DNA from: Felis catus
Lineage: Eukaryota
DNA length: 64,000 bases
Assembly (NCBI RefSeq): GCF_018350175.1
Contig: NC_058368.1
Location: forward strand, 212,786,001 to 212,850,000
Reading direction: 5' to 3'
The notes under the pieces were generated by a model, which saw nothing but the letters and a program-made list of their open reading frames with translations, did no database searches and had not been told where the DNA came from. Shown in pieces: positions 49,657-63,700 of this stretch. The translations under genes were made by a program, and so were the position numbers. Position 1 is the stretch's first letter; the number at the start of each line of letters is the position of its first letter.

Positions 49657-49791
49657 CTAGAAGGAATCAGAGTTTAACAAAGCACTGAACAGATCTGTTA
49701 CAATATCTTCTCAAACAGTATGATGGCTTCCTGTATTCCTACCCACAGATTCAACTATTTTTTTACTGACCCTTCCTGGTATCTTACATTC
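49657..49791 (-). pseudogene. Fossil exon, 5' side cut by L1 tail
   Basis: ECKIPGRVSKKIVESVGRNTGSHHTV*EDIVTDLFSALLNSDSF*, donor TAG|GTTAAA, phase 0. Confidence 0.4.
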
Positions 49792-51752
49792 TTTTTTTTT
49801 TTTAACATTTCTTTTTTTTATGTTCTTTATTCTGTCCTTTTCTAGCACATAAACAAAATGTTTATTTTTTATTTATGTGTTTATTTTTTTCTTTAATTAT
49901 GTGTTTATTTTTTTAAGTTTTTAATTAAATTTCAGTTAGTTAATATACAGTGCAACATTAGTTTCAGATGTACAATATAGTGATTCAAAACCTCCATAAA
50001 ACACCCAGTGCTCATAACAGCAAGTGCACTCTGTTATCGCCATCACCTAATTTATCCATCCCCCACCAACCCCTCTGGTAACCATTAATTTTTTCTCCAC
50101 GGTTAAAAGTCTTTTTCTTGCCTTGTTTCCCTCTCTCTTTTTTTTCCCTTTGTTTGTTTTGTATCTTAAATTGCACATATGAGTGAAATCATATGGTGTT
50201 AGTCTTTCTCTGACTTATTCCACTTAGCATAGTACTCCCTGGCTCTATCCATGTCATTGCAAATGGCAAGATTTCATTCTCTTTTATGGCTGAGTAATAT
50301 CCCATTGTGTATATAAACTACATCTTTTATCCATTCATCAGTCGATGGATATTTGGGCTGCTTCCATAGTTTGATTATTGTAGATAATGCTGCTATAAAC
50401 ATCAGGGTACATGTATCCCTTTGAATTAGTATTTTTGTATTCTTGAGGTAAATCCTGAGTAGTGCAATTTCTGGATCATAGGGTTGTTCTCTTATAACTT
50501 TTTGAGGAACCTCCATATTGTTTTCCAAAGTGGCTGCACCAGTGTCCATTCCAGTCAACAGTGTATGAGGGTTCCCCTTTCTCCACATCCTTGCTAACAC
50601 CTGTTCTTTCTTGTGTTGTTGATTTTAGCCTATCTGACAGGTGTGAGGTGATATCTCATTGTAGTTTTGATTTGTATTTCCCTGATGATAATTGATATTG
50701 AGCATCTTTTCATGTGTCTGTTGACCATCTAGATGTTTTCTTTAGAGAAATGTCTATTCATGCCTTCTGCCCATTTCTTAATTGGATTATTTGCTTTTTG
50801 GCTGTTGAGTTTTACAAGTCCTTTATATATTTTGGAAAATAACCCTTTATCAGATATGTCATTTGCAAATATCTTCTCCCATTCCATAGGTTGCCTTTTA
50901 GTTTTGTAGAATGTTTCCTCTGCTATGCAGAGGCTTTTTATTTTGATGTTGTCCCAATACTTTATTTCTGCTTTTGTTTCCCTAACTTCTGGAGCATGTC
51001 TAGAAGAAGTTGCTCTGGCTGATGTCAAAGAGGTTGCTGCCTGTTTTCTTCTAGGATTTTTATGTTTTCAAATCTCACACTTAAATCTTTAATCCATTTG
51101 AATTCATTTTTGTGCATGGTGTAAGAAAGTGATCCACTGTCTTTTGTGTGTGTAGCTGTACAGTTTTCCCAGCACCATTTGTTGAAGAGACTGTATTTCC
51201 TGTCAGATATGCTTTCCTGCTTTGTCAAAAACAAATTAACCATATAGTTGTGGGTTCATTTCTGGGCTCTCTATTTTGTTCTATTAATCTACATTTCTAT
51301 TTTTGTGCTAATACCATGCTGTTTTGATCACTACAGCTTTGTACTATAACTTGAAGTCTGGAATTGTGATTCCTCCAGCGCTGCTTTTCCTCTTCATGGT
51401 TGCTTTGGCTATTCGGTGTCTTTTGTGGTCCCATACAAATTTTAGGATTGTTTGTTCTAGCTCTGTGAAAAATGCTGGTGGTATTTTGATAGTGATTGCA
51501 TTAAATGTGTAGATTTCTTTGGTATAGACATTTTAACAATATTTGTTCTTCCAATCCATGAGCATGAAATGTTTCCCCATTTCTTTGTATCCCCTTCAAC
51601 TTCTTTCATCAGTGTTTCATAGTTTTCAAAATACATGTCTTTCAACTCTTTAGTTAGGTTTATTCCTAGGCATATTATTTGTGGTGCAATTGCAAATATG
51701 ATTCATACCTTAATCTCTCTTTCTGCTACTTCATTAATGGTGTATAGAAATC
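49792..51752 (-). mobile_element. LINE-1 3' portion
   Basis: T-rich tail, 3' UTR and ORF2 C-terminal peptides on minus strand. Confidence 0.9.
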
Positions 51753-54700
51753 CAAAAGAGGGATCAGAATGGATAAAAAAAAAACAAGATCCATCTATAT
51801 GCCGCCTAAAAGAGACTCATTTTAGACCTAAGGACACCTGATTATTGAAAGTAAGGGGATGGAGAACCATCTATCATGCTAACAGAAATCAAAAGAAAGC
51901 CAGAGCAACCATACTTATATCAAACAAACTAGATTTTAAAACAAAGTCTGTAACAAAAGATGAAGAAAGGCATTATATCATAATTAAGGGGTATACATCA
52001 AGATCAAACAATTATAAATATTTATTCCCCCAACTTGAAAACCCAAATATATCAATCAATGAATAACAAACATTAAGAGATTCATTGATAATAATATGAT
52101 AATAGTAGGGGACTTTAACACTCCACTGACAACAATGGACAGATCATCTAAGCAGAAAGTCAATAAGGAAACAATGGCTTTGAATGACATACTGGACCAG
52201 ATGGGCTTAATAGGTATATTCAGAACATTTTATCCTAAAGCATCAGAATACACATTCTTTTTGAGTGCATATTAAACACTGTCCAGAATAGATCACATAC
52301 TGGGTCACAAATCTGACCTCAACAAGTACAAAAAGATTGAAATCATACCATGGATATTTTCAGACCACACCACTATGAAACTTGAAGTCAATGACAAAAA
52401 TTTGGAAAGCTCTGAAATACGTGGAGGTTAAAGAACATCCTACTAAAGAATGAGTGAGTTAACCAGGAAATTAAAGAAGAAATTTAAAAATACATGGAAG
52501 CAAATGAAAATGAAAACAACGCAGTCTTAAGAGGGGTGTACATAGAAATACAGGCCTGGGGTGCCTGGGTGGCTCAGTTGGCTAAGCATATGACTCTTGA
52601 TTTTGCTCAAGTCATGATCTCACAGTTTGTGAGTTTGAGGCCCACATCAGGCTATGTGCTGACAATGCAGAGACTGCTTGGGATTCTCTCTCTCTCTCTC
52701 TCTCTCTCTCTCCCCTCTCTCTCTCCACTCTCCAAAATAAATAAATAAGCTTTAAAAAAAGAAAGAAAGAAATATAGGCCTACCTCAAGAAGCAATAAAA
52801 GTCTCTAATATACAACCTCACCTTGCCCCTAAAGAAGCTAGAACAGAAAATAAAGCCTAAAGCCAGCAGAAGAAGAGAAATAATTATGATTAGAGCAGAA
52901 ATAAGTGATATAGAAACAATGATCCAGAACAGAGCAACAAAACTAAGAGCTGGTTCTTTGAAAGAATTAATAAAATTGATAAACCCCTAGACTTATCAAA
53001 AAGAAAAGAGAAAGGACTCAAATAAATAAACTCATTACTGAAATAGGAGAGATATAGCCAAAACTTCAGAAATACCAACAATTATAAGAGAATATTATGA
53101 GCAATTATATGCCAACAATTTGGGCAAACTGGAATGGATAAATTCCTAGAAACATAGAAACTACCAAAACTGAAACATGAAGAAATAAAAAAATTTGAAC
53201 AGACCCATAACCAGCAAAGAAATTGAATCAGTTACCAAAAATATCACAACAAAGTCCAGGGCCACATGGATTCCCAGGGGAATTCTGCCAGACATTTAAA
53301 GAAGAGTTAATACCTATTCTTCACAAACTGCTCCAAAAAATATAAAAGGAGGGAAAACTTCCAAACTTCTTTTATGAGGCCAGCATTATCTTGATTCCAA
53401 AACCAAGCAAAGACACCACTAAAAAGGAAAATTACAGGCCAATATCTCTGATGAACATGGATGCAAAAAATCTCAAGATACTAGCAAATTAAATCCAACA
53501 GTACATTAAAAGAATTATTCACAGAGTACCTGGGTAGCTCAGTCGGTTAAGCATCTGACTTTGGCTTCGGTCATGATCTCATGGTTCAGGAGTTCGAGCC
53601 CTATGCTGGGCTCTGTGTTGACAGCTCAGAGCCTAGGGCCTGCTTCAGATTTTGTCTCCCTCTCTCTGCCCTCCCCCCACTCATGCTCTGTCTCTCTCTC
53701 TCTCTCTTAAAAATACATAAACATTTTTAGAAAAAGAATTATTCACCACAATCAAATTGAATTTATTCCTTGGCTGCAGGCATAGTTCAATATTCACAAG
53801 TCAATCAACGTGATACACCACATTAATAAAAGAAAGGATAAGAACCATATGACCCTCTCTATAGACACAGAAAAAAACATTTAACAAAATACCACATCCA
53901 TTCTTGATAAAAACCCTCAAAAAACTAGGGATAGATGGAACATACCTCAGCATCATAAAGGCCACAAAAGACTCACAGCTAACATCATCCTCAATGGGGA
54001 AAAACTGAGAGCCTTTCCCCTATGGTCAGGAATAAGATGAGGATATCCACTCTCACCATTACTATTTGACATAGTACTAAAGTCTTAGCCTCAAAAGTAA
54101 GACCACAAAAAGAAATAAAAGGCATCCAAATTAGCAAGGAAGAAGTCAACCTTTCACTATTTGCAGTGGACATGATTACTCTATGTAGAAAACCCAAAAG
54201 ACTCCACCAAAAAATTGCTAAAAATAATACATGAATTCAGAAAAGTCACAGTATATAAAATAATTCTGTTGCATTCCTATACACCAATAATGAAGCAGCA
54301 GGAAAAAAAATCAAAGAATTGATCCCATTTGCAATTGTACCAGAAACAATAAGATACCCTGGAATAAGCCCAACCAAATAGGTAAAATATCTGTACTCTG
54401 AAAATGATAAAACACTTATGACAGAAATTGAAGAGGACACAAAGAGATGGAAAAGCATTTATACTCATGGATTGGAAGAACATATATTGTCAAAATGTCT
54501 ATACTGTCCAAAGCAATCTACACATTCAATGCAATCTCTATCAAAATAACACCAGCATTTTTCAGGGAAGTAGAATCATCCTAAAAGTTGTATGGAACCA
54601 CAAAATATCCCAAATAGCCAAAGCAATTCTGGAGGCATCACAATTCCACATTTCAAGCTATATTACAAAGCTGTAGTCATCAAGGCAGTGTAGTATTGGC

Positions 54701-54887
54701 ACAAAAACAGACACATAGATCAATGGAACAGAATAGAAAACCCAGAATTGGACCCACATCTATATAGTCAACTCATCTTGGACAAAGCAGCAAAGAATAT
54801 CTAATGAAAAAAAGACAGTCTCTTCAGCAAATGGTGTTGGGAAAACTGTACAGCAACATACAGAAGAATAAAACTGGACCACTTTCT
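51753..54887 (+). mobile_element. Internal LINE-1 ORF2 segment (EN to post-RT) lacking 3' end; contains Can-SINEs at ~52558-52768 and ~53523-53731
   Basis: EWIKKKQDPSICRLKETHF through [13 protein letters not shown] TSDs GAAATA(C/T)AGGCCT and AAAAGAATTATTCAC. Confidence 0.9.
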
Positions 54888-57800
54888 TTTATGCATTCAT
54901 TGTTTAGTTGCATGTTGTTTAGCTTCTATGTGTTTGAAGGATTTCCTTTTTTTTTTTTTTTTTTGTGGTTGACTTCTAGTTTCATAGCATTGTGGTCAGA
55001 AAAGTTGCATGGTATGATTTCAGTCCTTTTGTATTTGTGGATGACTACTTTGTGACCTAATTATGTGATCTTTTCTGGACAATATTCCATGTGCACTTGC
55101 AAAGAATGTATATTCTGCTGTTTTAGGATGGAATGTTCTGAATATATCTGTTAAGTCTATCTGGTCCAGTGTGTCATTCAAAACCATTGTTTCCTTGTTT
55201 ATTTTTTGTTTAGACAATCTGTCCATTGATATAAGTGGGGTGTTAAGGCCCCCTACTATTATTGTCTTATCAATTAGTTCTTTTATGTTACTTATTAATT
55301 GTGTTATATATTTGGGTTCTTCCATGTTGGGTGCATAAATATTTACAATTGTTATATATTCTTGTTGGATTGTCCCCTTATGATTATATAATGCCCTCCT
55401 TTGTCTTTTTACAGTCTTTGTTTTATTTTTAAACAGTTTAAGATGTGCCTGGTACATATTTTTTAATGTTTATTTATTTTTGAGAAAGAGAGAGCAAAGG
55501 TGGGAGGAGAGAGAGATAGAATACCAAGCAGACTCTGCACAAAACCTGTCAGCACAAAGCCTGATGTGGGGCTCAGTCTTACAAACCATGAGATCATGAT
55601 GTGAGCTGAAATCAAGAGTTGGACACTTAACCAGCTGAGCCACTCAGGCACCCCACAGTCTTTGTTTTAGAGTCTAGTTTGTCCAATATAACTATTGCTA
55701 CTCTGGCTTCCTTTTGACATGTTTCTACACCCCCTCACTTTCAATCTTCAGGTGTCTTTAGGTCTAAAATAAGTCTCTTGTAGGCAGCATAAGATGGGTC
55801 TTGGTTTTTTATCCATTCTGACACCCTATGTCTTTTGATGGTGCATTTAGTCCATTTACATTCAAAGTAACTATTGATAGCTATGTATTTATTGCCATTT
55901 TATTCCTTTCTTTGTCACTGTTTCTGGAGATCCTCTCTGATCCTTTCTCATCTTTGTCACTTTTAGTTTCTCCTTTGCATCTAAAGAGTCCCTTTCATAT
56001 TTCTTGCAGGGCTGCTTTAGTGATCACAAACTCTTTTAGTTTTTGTATGTCTGGGAAACTCTTTCTCTCTCTTTCTATTCTGAATAATAGCCTTGCTGAA
56101 TAGAGTATTCTTGGTTGCAAATTTTTCCCCTTTAGCACTTTGAATACATGATGCGACTCCCTCTGGCTTGACAAATTTCTGTTGAGAAAAGTGCAGCTAG
56201 ACTTATGGGTTTTCCCTTATAACTTCTTTTTTCTTGTTGCTTTTAAGATTGTTTGTTTATCACTATCTTTTGCAAATTTAACTGCGATATGTCTTGGTGT
56301 TGGCCTGCTTTTATTGATTTTGATTGGACTTCTCTGTGTCTCCTGGATCTGGATGTCTGTTTCCTTTCCCAGATTAAGGAAGTTTTCTGCTATTATTCCT
56401 TGAAATAAATTTTCTGCCCCCTTTTCCTTTTCTCCTTCTTCTGGGACTCCTATATTAATGTTATTACATTTGATGGAGTCACTGAGTCCCCTAAGTCTGT
56501 TCTCATGTTCCATAATTTTTTTCTCTCTTTTTTCAGCTTCATTATTTTCCATCATTTTGTGTTCCATATCACTAATTCATTGCTCTCCTTCTTCCAGCCT
56601 TCTGTCCGTTGCATAAAGCCTGTTTACAATCTCATTTGTTGCATTCTTCATTTCTCATTGATTCTTTTAACTCTTTTTTAACTCTTTTAACTCTGTGGTA
56701 AGGGTCTCTCTGATGTCTTCTATTAGTTTCTCAAACCCAGTGGTCTTCTTTTCTTATGATTGTTGCTTTAAATTCTCCATCAGGAATGTTACTTATATCT
56801 GTTTCACTTAGACCTCTGGCTATGGCCTTATCTTGTTCTTTCATTTAGGATAAATTCCTCCATCTTGAAATTTTGTCTAAGTCTCTGCTTTCTTCTTCAT
56901 GTTAGAAAAGCCAGTTATGTCTCTTGCTCCTAAAAGTAATGTCCTTATGAAGAAGAAGTCATGTAGTTCCCAGGGCCTGGAGCTTCAGGGAGTGTCTCTG
57001 GTGTGTGTTGCATGTGCTATGCTTTTGTCTTGTGGCTGCTCCATCCTTCAGGCCAGTCGTCTGCAGAGGTTCTCCTTGCCTGCTATGGGCGGTGTTTGGT
57101 CCCTGGCCTGAATGTGGTGAGTTTTAACTAGGTATTCTCTGGTCTGTGAAATGAGACCTGACACCAACTCCACCAGAACTGAGGCCCTGTAGAATTCTTT
57201 ACTTGGGAGATGTGGTATGGAAAGGGTTTTGTGCTGGTCTTCTGGGGGAGGAGCCTGCTGCACTTAGACTGAAGTACCCTTGACTCAGAAGGACAGTCCT
57301 GCCAGAGTACAGAAAGATGGGACTTAGCAAGTTAGGCAGTCAGTATCTGCACTGAGCTGCTTCCCACAAGTGGCTATGTATTTATACTGAGGGTGGAGGA
57401 GGGAAATGGCTCTGGCCAGTGCCTTTGTTCCCAAAGAAGCTTCTCCATGAACACTGCCTTTCAGAGATGTACTCTAAGAAGAGCTGTAATCTCCCCATAG
57501 TGTGCCCCATGGAAACATCACTGTTTCCATGCTGTCTGTTCCCAGGATTTTTGCCTGCCTTCTCTCCGGGCACAGTGCAGTGCCCTCCAGGCTCTATCCC
57601 AGCCACGCCTGCTGATCTTTAAAACTCCAGGCTTAAAGCTCCACTCATTGCAAGAACTCACAAAATTCATCCGCTGTCATTTTCCAAACCAATGGCTTTG
57701 GGGAAACATTCTCCTTGTGCATTCCCCCAATATGCTTCTCTCTGTCTCTCTCTGTCTCTTTGTCTCTCTCTCTCCCTCTATCCCTCTTATCTCCCTCTCT

Positions 57801-58048
57801 CCCTCTCTCCCTCTCTCTCCCTTCCTTCTCCAAGACCACAGCCCTCTCCCCTCTGCAGCACCCATGATCCATTTTTTCCCTAAACCACATCTCTGCACTT
57901 CCTACCTTCTTGGTGTGGCCTCTTGTCTCCCTTTAGTTGTGGAGTTTGTCCTGTCAGTCTTCATATCAATTCCTGGGGTATTTAGAATGATTTGATGAAT
58001 ATATAGCTGTTTTTAAGAGTTCTCCTAGTCCACTGCTATCTTCCTCTC
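54888..58048 (-). mobile_element. LINE-1 5' portion (EN, ORF1, 5' UTR); Can-SINE at 55426-55654
   Basis: NIYAPN...TFHPKTAEYTFF, ORF1 peptide IIAENFLNLGKE, 5' UTR similar to that at 14344. Confidence 0.9.
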
Positions 58049-58059
58049 CTATGTCTTAT

Positions 58060-59085
58060 TCTTTTTTTTTCTTGGCCTTTTAATTTTTCCAGTTTTATTG
58101 AGAAATAATTAACATATATCACTGTATAGTTTTACAGAATACAACATAATAGTTTGATTTTCATATACTGTGAAATGATTACCACAATAGATTCAGCTAA
58201 TATCTATCTTCTCAGATAGGTACAATAATAAGAGAAAAAAGTAAAAATTTTTCCTCTTGTGATGAGAACTCTCTTAATAACATTCCCATATATAATACAG
58301 CAGTATTAGCTATAGTTATCATGTTGTACATTACATCCCTCATACTTACTTATCTTATAACCAGAAGTTTGTACCTTATGACCGCCTTCCTCCAATTCTC
58401 CCTTTTCCCACCCTCTGCCTTTGATAACCACAAGTCTGATCTCTTTTACTAATTTTGTTTTTTTGTTTTTGTTTTATGATTCCACATATAAGTGAGATAA
58501 TACAGTACTTGTTTTTGTCTGGCTTTTTTCATTTAGCATAATGCCTTCAAGGACTGTCCATGTTGTTGCAAATGGTAGGATTTCCTCATTTTTTATATAT
58601 ATCATATATATATGTGATATACATATCACAACTTCTTGATCCATTCCTCCATTGATGGACACTTGTTTCTGTATCTTGGCAATTGTAAAGGATGCTGTGA
58701 TGAACATGGAAGTGCAGATATCTTTTCAAGTTAGTGGTTTTGTTACTTTTGGATATATCCCCAGAAGTGGAATTGCTGGATCATATGTTAGTTCTATTTT
58801 TAATTTTTTGAGGATCCTCCATACTGTTTTCTATTGTGGCTCTACCAATTATACCAACAGTGCACAATTGTTCCCTTTTCTCCATATCCACACCAACATT
58901 TATTATCTTTTGTCTTTTTGATGATGGCCAGACTAACAGGTGTGAGGTAATCTCATTGTGGTTTAAATTTGCATTTTTCTAATGGTTAGTGATGTTGATC
59001 ATCTCTTCATATACCTTTTGTATATCTTCTTTGTAGAAATGTCTATTCAGGTCCTTTGCCTGCATTTTTTTTAATGTTTATTTAT

Positions 59086-59131
<46 letters not shown>

Positions 59132-60711
59132 CAAGCAAGTGGAAGAGGTGCAGAGAGAGAGAGAGAATCCCATTCAGGCTCCATGCTGTCAGCACAGAGC
59201 CCAATGCAGGGCTCAATCTCACAAACCATAAATTCATGACCTGGACTGAAATCAAGAGTCAGACACTTAACTGACTGAACCACCCAGGCACCCCTCTTTT
59301 CCCATTTTTAACTGGGTCATTTGGGAGGGGGCGTTGCTATTAAGTTATATGAGTTCCTTCTATATTTTGGATATTAACCCCTTATAAGATACATAGTTTG
59401 CAGATATTTTTTTCCCACTGAACAAGTTGTCTTCACTTTGTTGATAGTTTCTTTTGCTGTGCAGAAGCTTTTTAGTTTAATGTAGTCCCACTTGTTCATT
59501 TTTTATTTTTTTGCTTGTGCTTGAGGTATTATATTCAAAAAATTATTACCAAGAGACCCACATCAAGGAGCTTTGTTCTTATGTTTTCTTCTAGGAGTTT
59601 CATAATTTCAGGTGTTACAGTTAAGTTCTCAATACATTTTGAGTTAACTTTTGTAAGTGGTACGAGATATGATCCAGTTTTATTCTTTTACAAGTAAATA
59701 TCTGATTATCCCAACACCATTTATTGAATATATTGTTTTTTCTCCATTGAGTATTCAAATAATTAGTTGACCATCTATGCATGAGTTTATTTTGGGCTCC
59801 CAGTTCTGTTCCACTGGTCTATATGTCTGTTTTTTATTCCAGTACCATACTGTTTTCATGACCATAGCTTTAATATAGTTTGCAATCAGGAAGTGTGATG
59901 CCTCTTGCTTTGTTCTTCTTTCTCAGGATTTCTTTGTCTATTCAGGGTCTTTTGTGTTCCACACAAATTTTAGGAGTGTTTTTTCTACTTCTGTAAAAAT
60001 GCCACTGGAATCTTGATAGAGATTACATTGAATCTATAGATGGCTTTTGGTAGTATTGACATTTTAACAATATTACTTCTTCCTTTCCAATCCTGATACC
60101 TTTTATTTTTCTTTTTTGCCTGGTTTCTCTAGGACTTTCAGTACTATTTTGAATATGAGTGGGGAGAGTGGCCATTCTTATCTTCTTCCTGATTTGGGAG
60201 GAAAAACTTTCAACCTTTCACCATTCAGTGTGATGTCAGCTGTGTGTTTGTCATATATGACCATTATTCTGTTGAGATATGTTCTTTCTACACATAATTT
60301 GCTGAGAGTTTTTATCATGAATAGCTATTGAATTTTGTCAAATGTTTTTTCTTCATCTTTTGAGATGATCACACGATTTTTTCTTTCATTCTATTAATGT
60401 GATATACCACATTGATTGATTTGAGTATGTTGAACCATCCCCTACATCCCCAAGATAAATCTCACTGGCTCATGGTGAATGATCCTTTTAATGTGCTGCT
60501 AAACCCAGTTTGCTAGTATTTTATTGAGAATTTTTGTATCTATATTCATCAAAGATATTAGTTTATAGATTTTTCTACTACTGTCTTTTCTGGCTTTAGC
60601 ATAAGAATAATGCTGACTCATAAAATGAGTTTGGGAATGTTCCCTTCTTTTTGATTTTTTGGAAGATCTTGATAAGGGTTGGTATTAATTCTTTTTAAAT
60701 GTTTGATAAGA
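58060..60711 (-). mobile_element. Older L1 (L1MA-like) 3' portion with Can-SINE at ~59065-59294
   Basis: TGTGAAATGATTACCACAAT-type 3' UTR; antisense ORF2. Confidence 0.85.
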
Positions 60712-63700
60712 TGTTGAGGGAAGATGGCAGCATAGGAGGACACTGGGCTCACCTCGCTCTGCTAATTGCTTAGATTCCACCCACATCTGCCTAAATAACC
60801 CAGAAAACTGCCAGAAGACTAGCAGAATGGACTCTCCATAGCCAAGCATAGACAAGAGGCACATGGAAGAGGGTAGGAAGGGCAGAGAGGCAGTGCGTGC
60901 TACAGGGACTGGTGGAAGGGAGACAAGAGGTGGAGGGGCAACCCACCTGGCAAGGCAGAGCCCCCCAGTCTGGCTTGCAAAAGCAGAGGGGCCAGACTGC
61001 ATGAGTTCTCACAGCCAGCGGGACTTAACATCTGGAATATTAAAAGTCAACAGCTCTGTTCTCAGAGAGTGGGGGAGGGCAAGAGGACACCAGGAAGGAG
61101 AGTTGCTGAGCCCCGGAAGACAGAGTTCAGCTCAGCAGGGAACAAAGGTGCTAGCAAGCCCTATATCCCTCTCCCATCCCCCAGCCAAAATCCCAAAGGG
61201 AACCAGTTCCTGTCACTGAATTTGCTTCCACCGTGCAAACACTCAACACTGTGCTTCTGTGGATCCATCCCTCCAATGGGTCTGCCTCCCTCCCGGTGCT
61301 GCAGGGCCCCTCCCACAGGGGACCACCAACCACAAAGTGAACTAAGCCTGCCCCTAACACCCCTGCACCCTGTGGAAGCACCACAAGCCTGGCAGTGTGC
61401 AAGTAGCCCAGGCAGGAGCCACACAACTCCACAGTGAGTCCTGCCCCTGGAACAGGGGAAGATAAGGTAAACACCAGTCTGATTGTGGTCCCAGCGGTGG
61501 GCTGGGGGCAGACATCGGGTCTGACTGTGGCCCCGCCCAGCAACACAAGTTACTCCAGACAGCACAGGGGAAGTGCCCTATAGTTTGGAGCCACCTCAGG
61601 GACTACCCAAAATGATGAAACAGAAGAACTCTCCTCAAAAGAAACTCCAGGAAGTAGCAACAGCTAACAAATTGATCAAAAATGATTTAAGCAATATAAC
61701 AGAACAAGAACTTAGAATAATAGTCATAAAATTAATTGCTGGACTTGAAAAAAGCATAGAGAACAGCAGATAATCTATTGCTACAGTGATCAAGGGACTA
61801 AGAAATAGTCATGAGGAGCTAAAAAATGCTATAAATGAGGTGCAAAATAAAATGGAGGTGGCCATAGCACAGATTGAAGAGGCAAAGGAGAGAATAGGTG
61901 AATTAGAAGATAAAATTATGGGGAAAAAGGAAGCTGAGAAAAAGAGAGATAAAAAAAAAAATCCCGGAGTATGAGGGGAGAATTAGAGAACTAAGTGATG
62001 AAATCAAACGGAACAATATCCATATCATAGGAATTCCAGAGGAAGAAGAGTGAGAGAAAGGGCCTGAAGGTGTACTTGAACAAATCATAGCTGAGAACTT
62101 CCCTGATCTGGGGAAGGAAAAAGGCATTGAAATCCAAGAGGCACAGAGAACTCCCTTCAGAGGTAACTTGAATTGATCTTCTGCATGACATATCATAGTG
62201 AAACTGGTGAAATACAAGGATAAAGAGAGAATTCTGAAAGCAACTAGGGATAAACAGGCCCTAACATACAAAGGTAGACACATAGGGATAGTAGCACCTA
62301 TCTCCTGAAACTTGGCAGCCTAGAGAAGAATGGCAGGAAATCTTCAATGTGATGAACAGAAAAATATACAGCTGAGAATCCTTTATCCAGCAAGTCTGTC
62401 ATTCAGAATAGAAGGAGAGATATAGGTCTTCCCAAAAAAACAAAAACTGAAGGAATTCATCACCACTAAACCAGCCTGACAAGAGATCCTAAGGGGGATT
62501 CTGTGAGTGAAATGTTGCAAGACCACAAAGTACCAGAGACATCACTACAAGCATGAAACCTACAGCATCACAATGACTCTAAACCCATATCTTTCTATAA
62601 TAACACTAAATGTAAATGGACTAAATGCTCCAGCCAAAAGACTTAGGGTATCAGAATGGATGAAAAAACAAAACCCATCTATTTGCTGTCTACAAGAGAC
62701 TCATTTTAGACCTGAGGACACCTTCAGACTGACAGTGAGGGGATGGAGAACTATTTATCATGCTACTAGAAGTCAAAAGAAAGCTGGAGTAGCCATACTT
62801 ATATCAGACAAACTAGACTTTAAATTTAAAGGCTGTAACAAGAGATGGAGAAGGGCATTATATAATAATTACAGGGTCTATCCATCAGGAAGAGCTAACA
62901 ATTATAAATGTCTATGCGCCAAATACTGGAGCCCCCAAATATATAAAACAATTACTCACAAACATAAGCAACCTTATTGATAAGAATGTGGTAATTGCAG
63001 GGGACTTCAACACACCACTTACAGAAATGGATAGATCATCTAGACACACGGTCAATAAAGAAACAAGGGCTCTGAATGACACATTGGATCAGTTGGACTT
63101 GACAGATATATTTAGAACTCTGCATCCCAAAGCAACAGAATATACTTTCTTCTCGAGTGCACATGGAACATTCTCCAAGACAGATCACATACTGGGTCAC
63201 AAAACAGCCCTTCATAAGTTTACAAGAATTGAAATCATACCATGCATACTTTCAGACCACAATGCTATGAAGCTTGAAATCAACCACAGGAAAAAGTCTG
63301 GAAAACCTCCAAAAGCATGGAGGTTAAGGAACAACCTACTAAAGAATGACTCGGTCAACCAGGCAGTTAGAGAAGAAAATAAAAATATATATGGAAACAA
63401 ATGAAAAGGAAAATACAACAATGCAAACACTTTGGGATGCAGCGAAGGCAGTCCTGAGAGGAAAATACATTGCAACCCAGGCCTATCTCAAGAAAAAAGA
63501 AAAATCCCAAATACAAAATCTAACAGCACACCTAAAGGAACTAGAAGCAGAACAGCAAAGACACCCCAAACACGGCAGAAGAAGATAAATAATAAAGATC
63601 AGAGAAGAAATAAACAATATAGAATCTAAAAAAACTGTAGAGCAGATCAACGAAACCAAGAGTTGGTTTTTTGAAAAAGTAAACAAAATTGATAAACCTC

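Larger units (their letters stand above)
1179..49791 (-). pseudogene. Candidate decayed multi-exon (non-processed) protein-coding pseudogene, identity unknown; 5' part interrupted by or lying beyond the L1 block starting at 49.8 kb
   Basis: About 25 minus-strand segments bounded by pyrimidine-tract+AG and GT donors. Many consecutive phases match, translations are protein-like with scattered stops and frameshifts, and frames are restored when intra-exonic TEs and their TSDs are excised. Manual reading only. Confidence 0.6.

Noticed and set aside
1179..49791. Assigning a gene symbol to the fossil gene
   Set aside because: I could not match the peptides to any protein from memory; a database search is required.
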